A stretch of 64,000 nt of DNA, taken from positions 6,572,001 through 6,636,000 of the forward strand of contig JBHGNT010000007.1 in assembly GCA_043228905.1 (NCBI GenBank). The letters are read 5' to 3'. Numbering within the stretch: position 1 is the stretch's first letter; each line of letters begins with the position of its first letter. The notes under the pieces are model-generated. The model did no database searches. It saw nothing but the letters and a program-made list of their open reading frames with translations, and was not told where the DNA came from. Positions 34,104-48,229 of this stretch are shown here, piece after piece. The translations under genes were made by a program, and so were the position numbers. The stretch is from Azolla caroliniana. Its lineage: Eukaryota > Plantae > Polypodiophyta.

Positions 34104-37100
34104 ATGGAGACACAGGATCTCTCCTCGCACTACGAAGATCGCACAACCATGGATTTTGACCTCTTCTTTGATATCATGCAAGAGCCTCCTGACATCAACA
34201 TGGTAATTTCGCGCTGTTGTTCCTATGTGTGTTTGTGTTTGTGTTTGTGTGCGTCTCTCGGAGTAATTTTCTCTTTTCTATATATCTTTCCTCGTATTTT
34301 CTGTTTTTTAGGGTTCTTCAGGGAGATCTGGATGTCCTTCTATGCTAACATATCTGTGTGTTTCCTAGTCGAAACTCAATATTTTCCTATTCTATAGACT
34401 ATAGTAATGTGTGTGTTACATACTAATCTGCTTGTTTCCTATATCAGTCCGTGTTTCCTGTGTCAATGTATATGATTTCTATACCAATCTGTGTGTTTCC
34501 TATTGCAAATCACCGTTTATTTTCATCCCAATATGCATGCATTTTCTATCCCAATCTGCATGTCCACATGTGTTTTTATGTACTTAGCTGTACGTTTCCT
34601 ATACTATTTTGTTTGTATTTCTATGATAACAAATTTCCTTTTACCATATGCAAAGTCAAACAGCCTCTTACATTTTTGGTTTTATGTCCGCAGATTCCGG
34701 CAATGCATCCTTGTTCTCCCTTGGGTCTTGAAGGTAAGTGAACGTATTTCAATATTTTACTATGTTTTTTCTTCAAATTTTCATTATGTAGAAGAAGTAG
34801 TGGAAAAAGATAAATTTATGGTGGGTGGGTTGTTTATTTTATGTTCTATGTGTTCTGTCATTATTTCCCAACTATCACGACTGTTGATTAAGTGTTGGGA
34901 AAGACAGGTTTGTGGATGTACGTGTCTTTTCGTTAAAGAAAAATTGCATTTGTTTTCTGCTTTTACAGTGTGTTGAAGCAGTAAAACAATTTACAGTTTG
35001 TGTTTCTCTTTTATTTCGAAGCCTCATTAAGTTGAAGAAGCAATGAAAACAGTTTTATGGGTCTTCATTGGTTTTTATATCCTTCATCTTAGGTATTCTA
35101 TATATTATGTTATCGGATTGCAAAGCAGAGGTTAATGGATGAAAACAGAAAATTTCATATATGTCGATTTGTGTTGTTTCAATTTTCATCATGTCAAAGA
35201 AGTAATAGTGAGAACAGCTGTGTGGGCCTTTGTGGTTTTGCATATCCTCTCACTTAGGTACTTCATATTGCCTTTTCAGATTGCAAATCTCAGGCTAGTG
35301 GAGGAAAACAAGGTATTGCGAATATTTTACCTAGGGTTTGTCAGGAGTCCCCAGAATCATCTGATGCAAGTGGAAACTCATCAGAAGCGTCCATTTTCAA
35401 TGCTAATCATGAATTAGCTTCAGATATTCAATGGGGTTCCAATGATCATATTTCCACTGGATTTGTTGAGGATGCAAATCATGATTTGAATGTTGTTTCA
35501 AAGATCAAGCACTCTCCACAGATCGGCGATGATATTTCTTCTGGATTTGGAGAGAACTCAAAGCATGATTTGAATGTTATTTTGAAGGGCGAGCACTCTC
35601 CAAAGGTTCTTTATGAACATATTTCTCCTGAATTAGGGGATGATTCAAAGCATGATCTGAATCTTATTTTTAATAATGATCAACTCTCACTGGTTTCCAA
35701 TAACCATATTTCTCCTGGTTTTGGGGAGGATTCAAATTATTTGAAGGCTTTAAAGAGCAAGCACACCATGACCAAGGAGTTTCCTCATGTGTCTAGTGAG
35801 CATGTTTCTCCCTGCTTTGAAGAAAATTCCAAGCATGAATCAAAGAGTGAGCTTTCTTGGGCCAGAGAACTTCAATGGGTTTCAAGTCACCATATTTCTT
35901 CACGACCAAGTGAGGATTCAAAGTATGATGCAAAGGTTTTGAAGGGAGAACTTGCCCCAGCTAGAAAGTTTCAATGGGGGTCTGATGTCCATATTTCCCC
36001 TGTATTTCAAGAGGACACAGAGCATGAATTGAAGATTTCGAAGGGTAACCATGCCACCCATGATTTGGATTATGAGTTTGCAAACATAAAGCAGCCACTT
36101 GCATATGATTCACCCAAGGATGTGTTTTCGGCAAATGAAGATTTCACTACACGTGCTCCAGAAGATTCAAAGAGCAATGCATCCAGTCCAATCACAGCCC
36201 CCTTACAAAAAGTTGGTGAAGGCCTTTCTAGTGGCATGGTTCTGAATTTCCTTGACCTCAACCATGAATGTGAAAATAGTAGACACAACCTTACATATAC
36301 TGACCTTGATTTCAACCATGAGTATGAAAAGATAAAGCACCATGATGAGTCTTTTGTAGCAGATGAAGATGGATGTATACAGGTTCCTGAAGACTCGAAG
36401 AGCAATGCATCCAGTACAACTACGGAAGCTTTACAACTTGTCAATGAAGATATTGCTCGCGGGAATGTGCCTGTTGTGGACCTCATATCTGACAGTGACT
36501 CTGATAGTGATTGTGAGGAGGAATTCACTCATAGCCAGGGAAGATTACATGGGAAGAGAACATTGCCGGCCTTCATGGATGCTTATGCAAAACCGTCTAA
36601 GGCATTGTGTTTGAGGGATGCAGCTAAGGATGGGTTTAATCAGTGGAATAGCCTAAACAGTTTCTGTATGCATCCGAGTTCATCCATACGAGCTGTGAAG
36701 ACAGAACCCCGTTGTTTGGATCTTCCTTATGAGGGAACAAATCCAAGCAGTAATAAAATAGCTATGCCTATGCAAAGTGTTTGTAGTAATTCTGGTGCAA
36801 CTTCAAACATATTTCCTACTGTTGCATTACAGAATGGTGGGTTAGCATCAAATAATTTACCTTCTTCATTTTTGTCTCATGCAATCTTGCCCAAGGATAA
36901 TCTTGCGGACAATTCATCGAAGAAATTTCTGCAGGTAGACATGATGGTATGTAATGTTTGTTGCAACATGAACTAAAAGTATTACATGGTCTCAACTCTC
37001 ATAAAGGATTCTATTATCAGGCTCTTGATGGTAGGACACTGAAAGATGAACCTTATCCTGATGATGGAGTCTTGACTGTTCCACTTCTTAAGCACCAGGT

Positions 37101-40100
37101 ACTATTTGAGAACTGGTACACACAATTTTAATGTTTGTTATCCACGGAATTCCTCTTATGCTGAGTCTATTATTTCTTGTCTTTCCTGGCACAGAGGATA
37201 GCAGTTGCATGGATGGAGAAAAGAGAACGAGGAACTGATTGTGCTGGTGGGATTTTGGCAGATGATCAGGTTTTTACTGTCACATATAATTGCAAGTTTT
37301 GGACGATGATTCTGTAATTCTTTGTATTGCTGACAGTTATACATGTTTTTTTCTGTTATTGATATAGGGGCTTGGCAAGACAGTCTCGACTATTGCACTA
37401 ATATTGAAAGCCAAGCCACCAGCCCCCAGTAATTCTCTGGATCAATCAAAACAATTGTGCAACGAAGCATTAACTGTTGATCTTGATGATGATGATGATG
37501 ATTCTCCCTGTATAAATCAGTCAGAGTGGAAATCCACATCAGAAAACAAATTTGTAGAGCCATCTACATCAGGAATTAAAGGGAGGCCTGCTGCTGGAAC
37601 TTTGGTTGTCTGTCCAACAAGTGTTTTGAGGCAGTGGGCACAAGAACTGAAAGAGAAGGTGGTAGATGATCTATTGTCTGTGCATATATATCATGGAAAT
37701 AACAGAGTAAAGAATTTACATGAGCTTGCTAAGCACGATGTAGTTCTGACAACATATTCGATTGTTAGTTTAGAGGTTCCCAAGATCCCATTGCCCGAAG
37801 AAAAGGAAGTGGCAGATGATAGGAATCCAACACAGTATGGCCTAATAGGAGAGAAAACCCTCCCTCCGAGCAGGAAGAAAGTGAAAGGAAAAGGAAGAAA
37901 GGGAGATTTGGATGCTTATGATGATACAAGAGGAGGGCCATTAGCCAAAGTGGCTTGGTTTAGAGTAGTATTGGATGAAGCACAGAGTATAAAAAATCGT
38001 CGGACCCAGGCTGCTCGTGCATGTTGGGGCCTCAGGGCAAAGCGGAGATGGTGTCTATCAGGAACGCCTATACAAAACACGATTGATGATCTTTACAGCT
38101 ACTTTAGATTCCTTAGACATGAAAAATATGGCATTTACAAGTCATTTCGATATGAAATTAAAGATCCCATATCAAGAAATCCCAGTTCTGGCTACCAGAA
38201 ACTGCAGAGTGTTTTGCAAACCATTCTGCTGCGCCGAACAAAAGGTGAGAATTGTAATATCAGGTTTTGCATAGGTGATTTGAGCAAGAAGTATGCCAAT
38301 TTTGGTGACCTGTTTAAGGCACTCATTTTATCTGTTGTAAAGTGATTAATATCATCAAGAGAATGTCATTTGCTACTAGAATCAAAACACTTTTAATTTC
38401 TTGAATTGGTTATCTTTAACATGTTTGCTTAATATGAAATTGATAGTATTCCTACTTATTGAGTGAAAGTATGGGTTGTCAAATTTCGAAATAAAAATCT
38501 TTTAGTCCATGTCCTCATTTTGCAGCTTGTGTCTTAATCTTCTGCTCGTATTCACACATTGTAATACTTCAGATCTAACATGATCATTTTTCTTCAGCAA
38601 CTCAAATAGATGGTGAACCAATCATCAATTTACCTAAGAAGAAAGTGAAGCTGGAGCAGGTGGATTTCACTCCAGAAGAGCGAGATTTCTATACTAACCT
38701 TGAAGTACAATCACGCAAACAGTTCCAGGTTGGTCATGTGGAAGACTTTTTCCTTTTGTGAACATAACATAGTTCTCTCATGAAGAAATACCAACAGTTA
38801 TTATGACAGTAACCTCGTTTTTTAATCATGATAACTTCATTTATGAACAATCTAGTAAAAGTATTCCCTCGTGAAGAAGTGCAAAACGGTTATTATCACA
38901 GTAACCTTGTTTATTTATCATAATAACTTCATTTATGAACAACCTAGTAAAAGCACAAGCAAAGAGAGACATACCTCATGAATAGGAGTCTAGGAGTGGG
39001 CCTAGGTGTGCGAGTAAGAAATCTCATGTTTTTTCAATCATTTCATATGGGATTGAAGCCATGCTGTGGACAGAATCCATGATCATCTTTTATTGTTTTT
39101 CCTTCATGTTTGGCAGTTTTCTTTTCTTCGATAGTATATTGTAACTTATTACTCTTTGTTTGTTTTGAGGAAGATTTAAGAAGTTGAAACTTACAGAACC
39201 ACAATATCTAGATACATTGTATAATTTCTTTATGAGTTTATATGTGTAAATATAGAAGACAAGAAAGGAATGATTTCATATTAATATACAAAAAATAGGT
39301 TTAATTATATCTGTCTTCATTTGTGTCCTAATCTTTCTACAATTGTGAGCAAATGCATCCATAGTTGGGGTCTCTTTAATTGACAATGCTATGATGAATG
39401 CAGCAATTCCTTGCAGTGCTGAATTCTGTGCGTGGGTTACATTATCACTAGATTTTTTATTAAATCTTCATATTTTTGAGACGAAGGTTACTGTTTCAGA
39501 GCTCCATTGTTGATTGATTTTTATATTATCCATATTGGAAGTTTTGCATTTTTTTTAGTTAAACACATTTGCCATTATGCTTCTGCAAATCTTAAACATT
39601 GACACATTTTTGGCAGACTGACACAATTTTAAGGTCACTCTCAAGACTGTACTTGTCTTTGATTAGTTTTTACGCAAATTAATTTGATAAAAGGTGGTGA
39701 GGATAAATACATATCTATATCCTATATCTAAATTCTATATACACACGCGTGCACTCACTCACATTGTCATCCATGCATCAGAATTCAGTTTGTTTGCCAT
39801 ACTAACATTGGCATAGGGCTGCTTTTTGATGTGTTCATATTGAGCAGCACCTTAAGGGTTTCATCTGCCGTCATGTTTTTTGCATGAATCACTTTGGCAG
39901 ATGACGATGACGATATGTCGATACATAAAAATTACATATATTGTTCTCCATAGATCTGTTTGTAGTAAATGTTTTCGTCTGTTTTTGACAATGACATGGT
40001 CACTCTGATCATTCCTATGCCACAAATTTCTTGTAAGTATATAATTCTCATTTCCATAAAACATGTGCATAAGCATTCCTGGTCACATTTATTATAATTT

Positions 40101-43100
40101 ATAAATGTACAAAATACAGCCACAAAAACTCATCAATAAAGAACCTTCACAGCCTTAATAGGCAGCAAGTTAACAAGGGCTATACAAATAGGGCGTCAAA
40201 CAAAGCAGGCAATAACAGCTTATCATAGGCCTTATCCATCTGGTCCATCTGAACCATGGCTACCCATCATCCTTATTATCGACATTTCAAGGCTATTATG
40301 ACCCAACATCAAAGGTGTTTCTCTGGCTTCAGAAACCTCACCATCTCGGATCGGCCCATGTTGGATATCTTTAGAGTAGAAGTTTTTTACTAATTTTGTT
40401 ATATTTTTGGTTTCTTCTAAAAGATGAGACAACATTATAAGTTGTAATAATTATTTTTGTTGGCGGTTCTCAAAGGTGATGATACAATTTTGGTTGTATC
40501 CTCTCTTTCGATCTCATAGGCTGTTTTGGCCTCTCTTCAAAGATGTTAATATATCTTTCTTAAAAGATGTCTGACTTTTGAAATACACCGACTGTTATCT
40601 CTTTAAATACACTATCTTGATGAATGATGTAGTTGTAATAAGTATTAGGGTTTCTCTTCAAGTTGTTAATCAAACTTACCTTTGTATTTTCAATGTTGGT
40701 AGATGTATGCTGCAGCAGGAACAGTGCAAAGCAATTATGTGAATATTTTGTGGATGCTGTTGCGGCTCCGTCAAGCATGTGATCATCCTCGTCTCGTGAA
40801 AGGGGACTTTTCTGACACAGTAGAGAGTGCTAGTCGAGATTTTGCAGGAAAATTATCTGAAGAAAAGCGGGCATCTCTTCTATCAGTTTTAGAAAGAAAT
40901 TGTGACACATGTGGAATATGCTCGGTAAGCTATCCTTCATACATTTCTAGATATTATCATTCTATAATATGACTATATTGGGAGACATTTAAGATTATTA
41001 TTTTCTTCTCTGTGGAGGATAGCATGCCTATATGAAAATTTAGGGAATGGTGTTCATTATCTAGCATATTTTGGTGAGCTGTCCTTTTTTCTTTTCAAGT
41101 AGGCCTTTATATAGATGTCATTTTTGTGCATGTTGGGAATTGCTTTTGGTGGGCTCGTGGTGAGTGTTTTTGCATCAGGATGAATTTTGACCAAGATTGG
41201 CGAGGTTTTAAAAGTTTTTTTTTAGCATGATCCATCCATGCATTCCCATCTGAGACCCATCCATGACTATCAAAGACACATCATCCCTGGCCCATCTGTG
41301 CCATACCCATGAATACTATACCCGTACATTCTATGTACAATTACACAAATTGGGGGACAGGGTTTAGGGTTTTTATTTGCAACCATCTGAATTGTATTCT
41401 ATTCATTTCGCATGCTTTTGCTGCAATCCTAATCTGATTCTGTTTCCTAGTTTTGAAATACGAGGGGCAACCAATGTTCTCATGATCCTGCCTATGTTGG
41501 TTTCACCCACACATATGTGACAAAATAACAATATACCCAATGAAATAATAGCCCCTTACAATTTGAGGCCAAACAAACCCTCTAAAAATTTGATTAAAAA
41601 ACAAATTATTTTTTATATAGAGATTTTGCTTCATTCAGCAGGCTAGCACTATTTCCCACCACAAGAAAAAAACATTATTGTTTATTTTCAATTTTCAATT
41701 TTTCGAAATGGAATGCATTCACCAGCCAGAGGACAAGGCCTTTTCGTTACATGATGGAACATGAAATGCAAGGATATAGATGCTTATGTGTTGCCGTGGA
41801 TTTCTAAAGGATTTCCCATAAAACTTTATGAAAGTAAAGGTCTCCAAAGGGAGAGAAGCACCTGCAATGGTGGGAGGTGATGGCCTTTATCTGTCGATGT
41901 CAAGGGTGGTGAGATCGTAGTCCATGAAGCCAGGGTCTATGTGCACGACAAATTGCTATTGCCTGTTCTGTTGTAACCGCATTGTTATGTCCTGGTTGGA
42001 AGCCCATTTGTGTAGCCCTTGATTGACTTGTAACATGAGTAAGAGTGATGGGGCTAAAGAAAGTTTTGATTGTTCTTTGTTCATGAGCTTGTGTGGCTTT
42101 ATTGATGTCTGTCAATAACTTCTCCCTGTGTCTCTTGAGTTCTAGCAAGAAAAGCCCCAAGCACCATTTGTTCTCATATTCCATTACCTAGCATTGTGGG
42201 CCAAAGCCTTGCTTAAAGAGGCAATGGTATCTCCCTCTTATTTCAACATATCCACTCCTTGATGACACTGTTTGCAAATTCTTTCATCTAGAGTTATTCA
42301 TGTATATCTGCGTACCACAATCTCTACTGCGTACCTCACAGTTGCCTTATCACACTATGCAGTGTATAGGATAGATTTATATCTGTATAAGATGGCCTGA
42401 TGATAAATCCATTTTCCGCAAGCCATCTTCCTACCAAATGATATTTTGGGGCTGATCCATGTTATCTTGTTTTTGAAGTTAATAATATCAGTTCGGACCA
42501 CACTATTCTTTTCCACTTTGTTCATGTTTAGATGGAAACAATCCAAGCTATATTTTAACGGGGCTAGTACATCAATGCTAATGCCATGTGGGTCAACCTA
42601 TTGTTGCATTTCAGCATACCAACAATGAACGTCTCCGTGTTCAACAAGTTGTTTTGATGACATAAGTGCCAACCTTGAGTACCTTCATTTAGGGAGCTCC
42701 CAAAGCTGTTGGATACAGGTCACTAATTGAAATAATGCGTCAATGATTATAGGGGCTCCCAAAGCCGTTGTATACAGGTCATTGATTGGAATAATGCCTC
42801 AATGATTATAGGGGTTGCACCCATCTCTACCCAGATTATATCATGGGGCACCAATGCTTTCTTCCTTATTGTGTGGGCAGTCATTGAGGCCAAAGGTCTC
42901 TCTAAATCTTTCCAGTTATTTGCCTTGCCAACACTCGACCCCATGTTTCTACTCCATAGAGAAGAGTTAGTGTCACAAGTGTATCAAATAGTGCAAATGT
43001 GCACATTGTCTTTCGAGACCACCAAGGACTGTATATACATGATAGAGTCAGGCACAAGCAGTCTTCCTTAACGAGAACCTAGGCCGTGTAAAAGTTACTC

Positions 43101-46100
43101 CTAGGTATGTGTAGGAGCATATGTATGCCACCTTTTCCGCGCCCAAGAAGAAATCTGGTTACCCATACATGAGTGGTGTTAATCACCGTCATTTTAGTTT
43201 TATCAATGTTTATCAGCAAACCTTTGTCCATACAAAAATATTTTTAATGCTTTTAGATGTCTTTGTAGTTCCTCCGGAAAGTCAAAAATCAGCACAATAT
43301 CATCATCATATAATAATATTTGTATGGCTATACACACTATCCATGCTCTCGAACCCTTGAATCTCTCTAGGTACCACTATGCATGCTCTCGAACCTTTGA
43401 ATCTCTCATCTATACAGAGACCGAAGAGAGTGGGTGATAGTGGGCATCCTTGTTTTACTCCAATTGTGCTAGCCACAGCCTGTAACAAACCATTCGGAGA
43501 CCACACTTTTCCCAACATGGATTCATACAGTGTATAGATTCCCCATTGCATATCTATAGGGACACCAAGGTCAGTACCTTTGCATATTCATGTCATACCT
43601 GAGGTGAGTCAGGTGTGTGGTAGGTTGCCTCTCATTAAACATTTTCCATGCTCTTTTTCTTTCTTGTCCTAGGAACGAGCAATACACATGATCTTCAAAT
43701 TTAGCTAAATACAATCTCTTCTTCCTCACAAGGCATTGGAAGGTTTCCCTTTGCTTGTTTTAGTGTATAAATACCATGCGTTACTTCCCACTGCAAGCAT
43801 ATCCTTGCATCATGACATTCCTCATCATACCAACTATTTTGTATGGGTACCAAGTTTGGGGCATTGCCCATTGTGTGGGAAAAGGCATTTGTGGCTGCTT
43901 TATGCAATGTCTTTGACAACCCTTGTGTAACTTCATCTAGGTGTGTGAAAAGGATCCAAATCTAGCATGCCATTATATGCTCCACAACTATACACATCAA
44001 TTGTCTCTTGAGTAAATTGGTATTTAGCCAGCCCACTCTCCTCTTAGCATATACATCCCTTGTGCATCCATCCTTCACCTCAAAGCCTATCTATGCATGA
44101 TCTGCTGCTAAGCCAATAGGCCAGTATAAGAGATGGAGATTCCATCAGGTAATCAACTGTGCTTGCACCTCCTTTTGGGTTCCAACAAGTCAAAGCATCT
44201 GAACTGGGCCATTGTGAAAAACCATCATATATCACATATCCATGTGCACTTCCCAAGACTAGAAAGTGTTTGCCATATTCTGTTACTTCACTCAATCTTG
44301 AGCTTGTCACTTTACACCAACTTTTACTGTAACTTCTCCATACATAGCCTTGCTGGTGTCAAATATAGTTGTTTGTTCATCCTTAGTTCAGGTGTTGGAG
44401 TGTCTTAACAGTATTAATCCTCTACAGCAGTGAATCTTATGATATCATCATATAATGGTATATTTGGTTATTCTCCTTGAGGTGCAAACCTCAGATAGGC
44501 AACTGAACAGTAGCCAATTGCAATTTAATGTTCCTGTAGGTCCCCTCTTTTGATTTGTATCTACATGTGCCACACATTTATATCCTTATGCACAGTATGC
44601 ACTCTATCATGGAGCTCCTTTTTGTACAACATAGCTACTCCTATAGTGCTTCCTAGTATCTGTGGTTGGGGATGACATATTGACCCCCGTCTATATCCTT
44701 GTACACTGGGAAGTCTACTAGCAATGCATCTATGTTCTTGATGATATTTTCGAAATGCCCACCATCTGTCCTTAAACAGCCATTGCAATTCCATATTGTC
44801 ATGCACAATGTCACTTGCAATTCCATATTGCCATGCACAATGTCTCTTGTAGATCGTGATGCGGCTCTCTTCATTGCAATAAACAACCCATTTTCCAAAT
44901 GCCCAGCATCTCTGTCCTTAGACAGCCATTACAATTCCATATGGTCGGTCATGCACAATGTCTCTTGTAGATCGTGATGCGGCTCTTTTCTTTGCAATAA
45001 TGACCTTCCCATCTCTATAGACAACCCATTTTCCTTCCTTTCTTGCATCGAGCACTCGTGGCATGTTTTCTTTGTGATGTGCTGCTTGAGCTAGAGTGAG
45101 ATTGTCATCGAAATATATTGTCGCCCTTGAGAAGTTGAGTAACCTTCTCTCTGACAGGATTTTTTTCGCTTTTCCATATCCATGAAGCTTATAATCATGG
45201 CGTTAGGTCTAGAATCGTCTCTTCCCACCCTCTATACTGAAGCAAATGAAATATCCAATGCCCCGATCTTTGTTACAAGATTCTTATACATCTTATACAC
45301 CAATGTTCCTTTTTGCTTTTCCATGAACTCTATTCACGGAGTGTTTGCTTTAATGTCTTTGTCAGCATGCTCAACTTGAGCTTTGGCATCTTTGACCATC
45401 TCTGCCCATGTTTGCATTTCCTTATATGCGTTGGCTTTAACTATGGAGATGCATTTTTCTGCTCTTTCTTGTCCTTTCTGAGAATCAACTTTAATAGGTA
45501 AATGTTCAACCTCATTGGAGGATATACTATCCTTTAGGTACTTAACTCTAAGTTCAATTTCTTCACAAGACTTATGATGTCTTTTTCTATGGCTTCTTAT
45601 AACTCCATCTTGAGAGAAGCATAGAACTCCTTTTTTGTTTCTCTATCTCCTTTTGAATTTCTTCTTTTAAGGCTGTTTTAATGTCATCTGAGATTTCACA
45701 AACATTTCAGAAAATGTAGAGGACAAGAACTCTGAGATTAGGTAGACATTGCACTAAACATAGTGGACAAAAACTTTGAGAGTAGGCAGACATTCAGAAA
45801 ACACAGAGGACAAGAACCTACAGATTAAGCAGACATTGCACAAAGAGATAGATAGATTTAATTATTGTCTGTGGAGGTCAAATATGACCTATGAGATCAA
45901 ATATGACCTATGAGATCAAAAATATAAAATTTTCATGTAATACATGTGAAAGTGAATAACGAGTCTTGATTTTCAAGAACTTTGTTAATGAACGTTGCAA
46001 TCGAGAGTGCACACTATGATTGTGAGAAATTCGTGCAAGGATTGGGTCAAATATGACCTACGAGAAATTCGGGCAAGGATTGGGTTTGGTCGGAGATGTA

Positions 46101-48229
46101 TGAAAAGCATAGATGAATGTGGTCAAAGGCAAAGCATTGTATCCAAGTGTCATGCTCAAAACTCTTGAACCTGTTTAGGGAAAAGTGTGTAGTCTATTAC
46201 TCTCATCAGTTGTACCCCAACTCCTTGTATCACATCGTAGTGAGCTTTAGCTAAACTACATGTAGGCAACGGTTCGGATGGCAAACAACTAGATGGGGTC
46301 TTGTATTGATGTGTGAGATTTCCTCGTTCGGCGAAGAACATGGTTTCATAATTAGGTGTGACATATGTAAAGAGTGAGGCTCCAAATTTTTCACATGGAA
46401 TGATACATTTGCGTTGCACAATGGCCTCATTCACAAGGGAATCTATTGATGCATTATGAAGCAAGTGTATTGCATCCCATCTTCCAAACCATTTTTCCAT
46501 ATATTGCAGCAAACCAGAAGACAAAATTGTGTTTGTGTCTTATGGATCTTTTTTATTGCTTCCCATGGAGTCTTGGAAGTCAATGTGAGGAACTTTTTTG
46601 AACCATAAGCATTTATTTGACAACCTTTTCCATCAATGGGAAGCTTGTATATTCATCTTCTACTAGGTCCTTTCATGCCTTTATATTTTATGCTTTTGGA
46701 TGGCATAATGCAACTTTAATACCTAGCTTATGTGATCGAGTGCAAAAGAGAGTGAGGGTTAATACACATATTGGTAATGAGTTAATGTTTAGTACTCATC
46801 TTGCCATATATTGAATCCCATATTCAGGGTTGATTTTTGCAAATGTAATATTTGTCCTTCCAGCATCTTTCTACATCTTCCTTAGTAGTTCCATTAACCT
46901 TTCCTCATTGACTACATTTTGCATAGCATCACATGAATGCTCTAAGAGATATTCCATACTCCATTTGTATTTTTATTTTGAGAGAGAGAGAGAAAGCTTT
47001 CTATTTTATTTTCCATTGAAAGTGCTAATTTTTCCAGGATGCTCCAGAAGATGCAGTCATTACACCATGCTATCATGTCTTCTGCAGACAATGCATATTT
47101 GATAGAGTGTCAAATGATGACAATGCTAGCTGTCCAGATACGAAATGTCAGGCAGCTTTAACTGTTTCTACATTATTTTCATATACTGATTTGAAGGAAT
47201 CTAGTGAAAGGCTTCGTGAACCGTCCTTTGATACTCCTTCACAACCTTGCTTGAAGAACATTGAGGTGTCTTCAAAGATCAGAGCTGTTATAAACACGTT
47301 GCGAGCTCTTCCGGTCTTTGAAACGGCAATTAGTTCAGCTGATCAGTTTGATGGGTCTGGATCATCAGTCAAGAGAACAGAAAAGGCCATTGTATTTTCA
47401 CAATGGACTAGTATGCTAGACTTACTAGAACACGCTTTAAAGAATGAGGGATTTAGCTACAGGAGGCTTGATGGCACCATGTCCATTCAAGCACGTGATC
47501 GCGCCCTTTACGACTTTAAGCAATCCCCAGATGTAAGTGGTTATAAATCCCATTTTCAGAATTTGTTGAAATGAGTCAACTCTGATTCCACTCTTGTTTA
47601 ATATTCTTCATAGATGGCAGAGAGGTATAAAGGATGAAGACCCTAAGTTCAAAATAAGATTGCATTTTATAAATTATTTCACCATATCTCAAACTAGAGT
47701 TTTTCTATAGTTTGCTTGCGAACTTAACATACATATTAATTAATCTTCCAGGTTACTGTAATAATCATGTCATTGAAGGCCGCCAGCTTAGGTCTAAATA
47801 TGGTTACAGCTTCTCATGTACTGTTGATTGATGTGTGGTGGAACCCCACTACTGAAGATCAAGCTATAGATCGAGCTCATAGGATTGGTCAGACCCGTGA
47901 TGTTCACGTTTCTCGGTTTACAGTGAAGAACACAATTGAAGATCGAATACTGGCATTACAGGTTTTTGATGTGTTCAGCTTTGCAAATTTTCAAATTTTA
48001 AACAAATAACTCATCTTGAAGACAATTTCCCTGTTATAAAGCATAATAAAATGCTAAAAAAGGACATGTTATAAGAATTATCAAAGCTTGCAATGTGTAT
48101 AATTTATATTTCATGTTGCTGCAGGATAAGAAACGACAGATGGTAGCTTCGGCCTTTGGGGAGGATTCATCTACTGAACAAAAGTCTCGTTTAACTGTTG
48201 ATGAAATGAGCTTCCTATTCAGGGCATGA
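34104..48229 (+). CDS. CHR28: SNF2-RING-helicase, CHR27/CHR28 (FRG)/Ris1 subfamily, ~1328 aa, 11 exons
   Basis: Exons 34104-34202, 34694-34733, 35280-36934, 37021-37098, 37195-37269, 37368-38244, 38598-38728, 40703-40924, 47038-47532, 47752-47961 and 48125-48229, all GT-AG and in frame. Motifs GGILADDQ|[59 protein letters not shown]|[53 protein letters not shown]. The first two exons are less certain, and CHR27 versus CHR28 orthology cannot be resolved by eye. Confidence 0.9.
38775..38953. repeat. ~90-bp tandem duplication in an intron
   Basis: ttattatgacagtaacctcg..ataacttcatttatgaacaatctagtaaaag occurs twice with a few mismatches. Confidence 0.75.
42190..45750 (-). mobile_element. Long degenerate LINE in the SNF2 intron
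   Basis: [29 protein letters not shown], endonuclease-like GASTVDYL and WYDEECH motifs, and internal tandem duplications (42690-42815, 44750-45030). Boundaries are approximate. Confidence 0.75.
46130..46520 (-). mobile_element. LINE 3'-end fragment, same family as 7260-7617
   Basis: Co-linear similarity with 7260-7617; [19 protein letters not shown]. Confidence 0.5.

Noticed and set aside
35486-36976. 496-aa ORF as an independent gene
   Set aside because: It is part of a large internal exon that splices in frame into the SNF2 ATPase exons.
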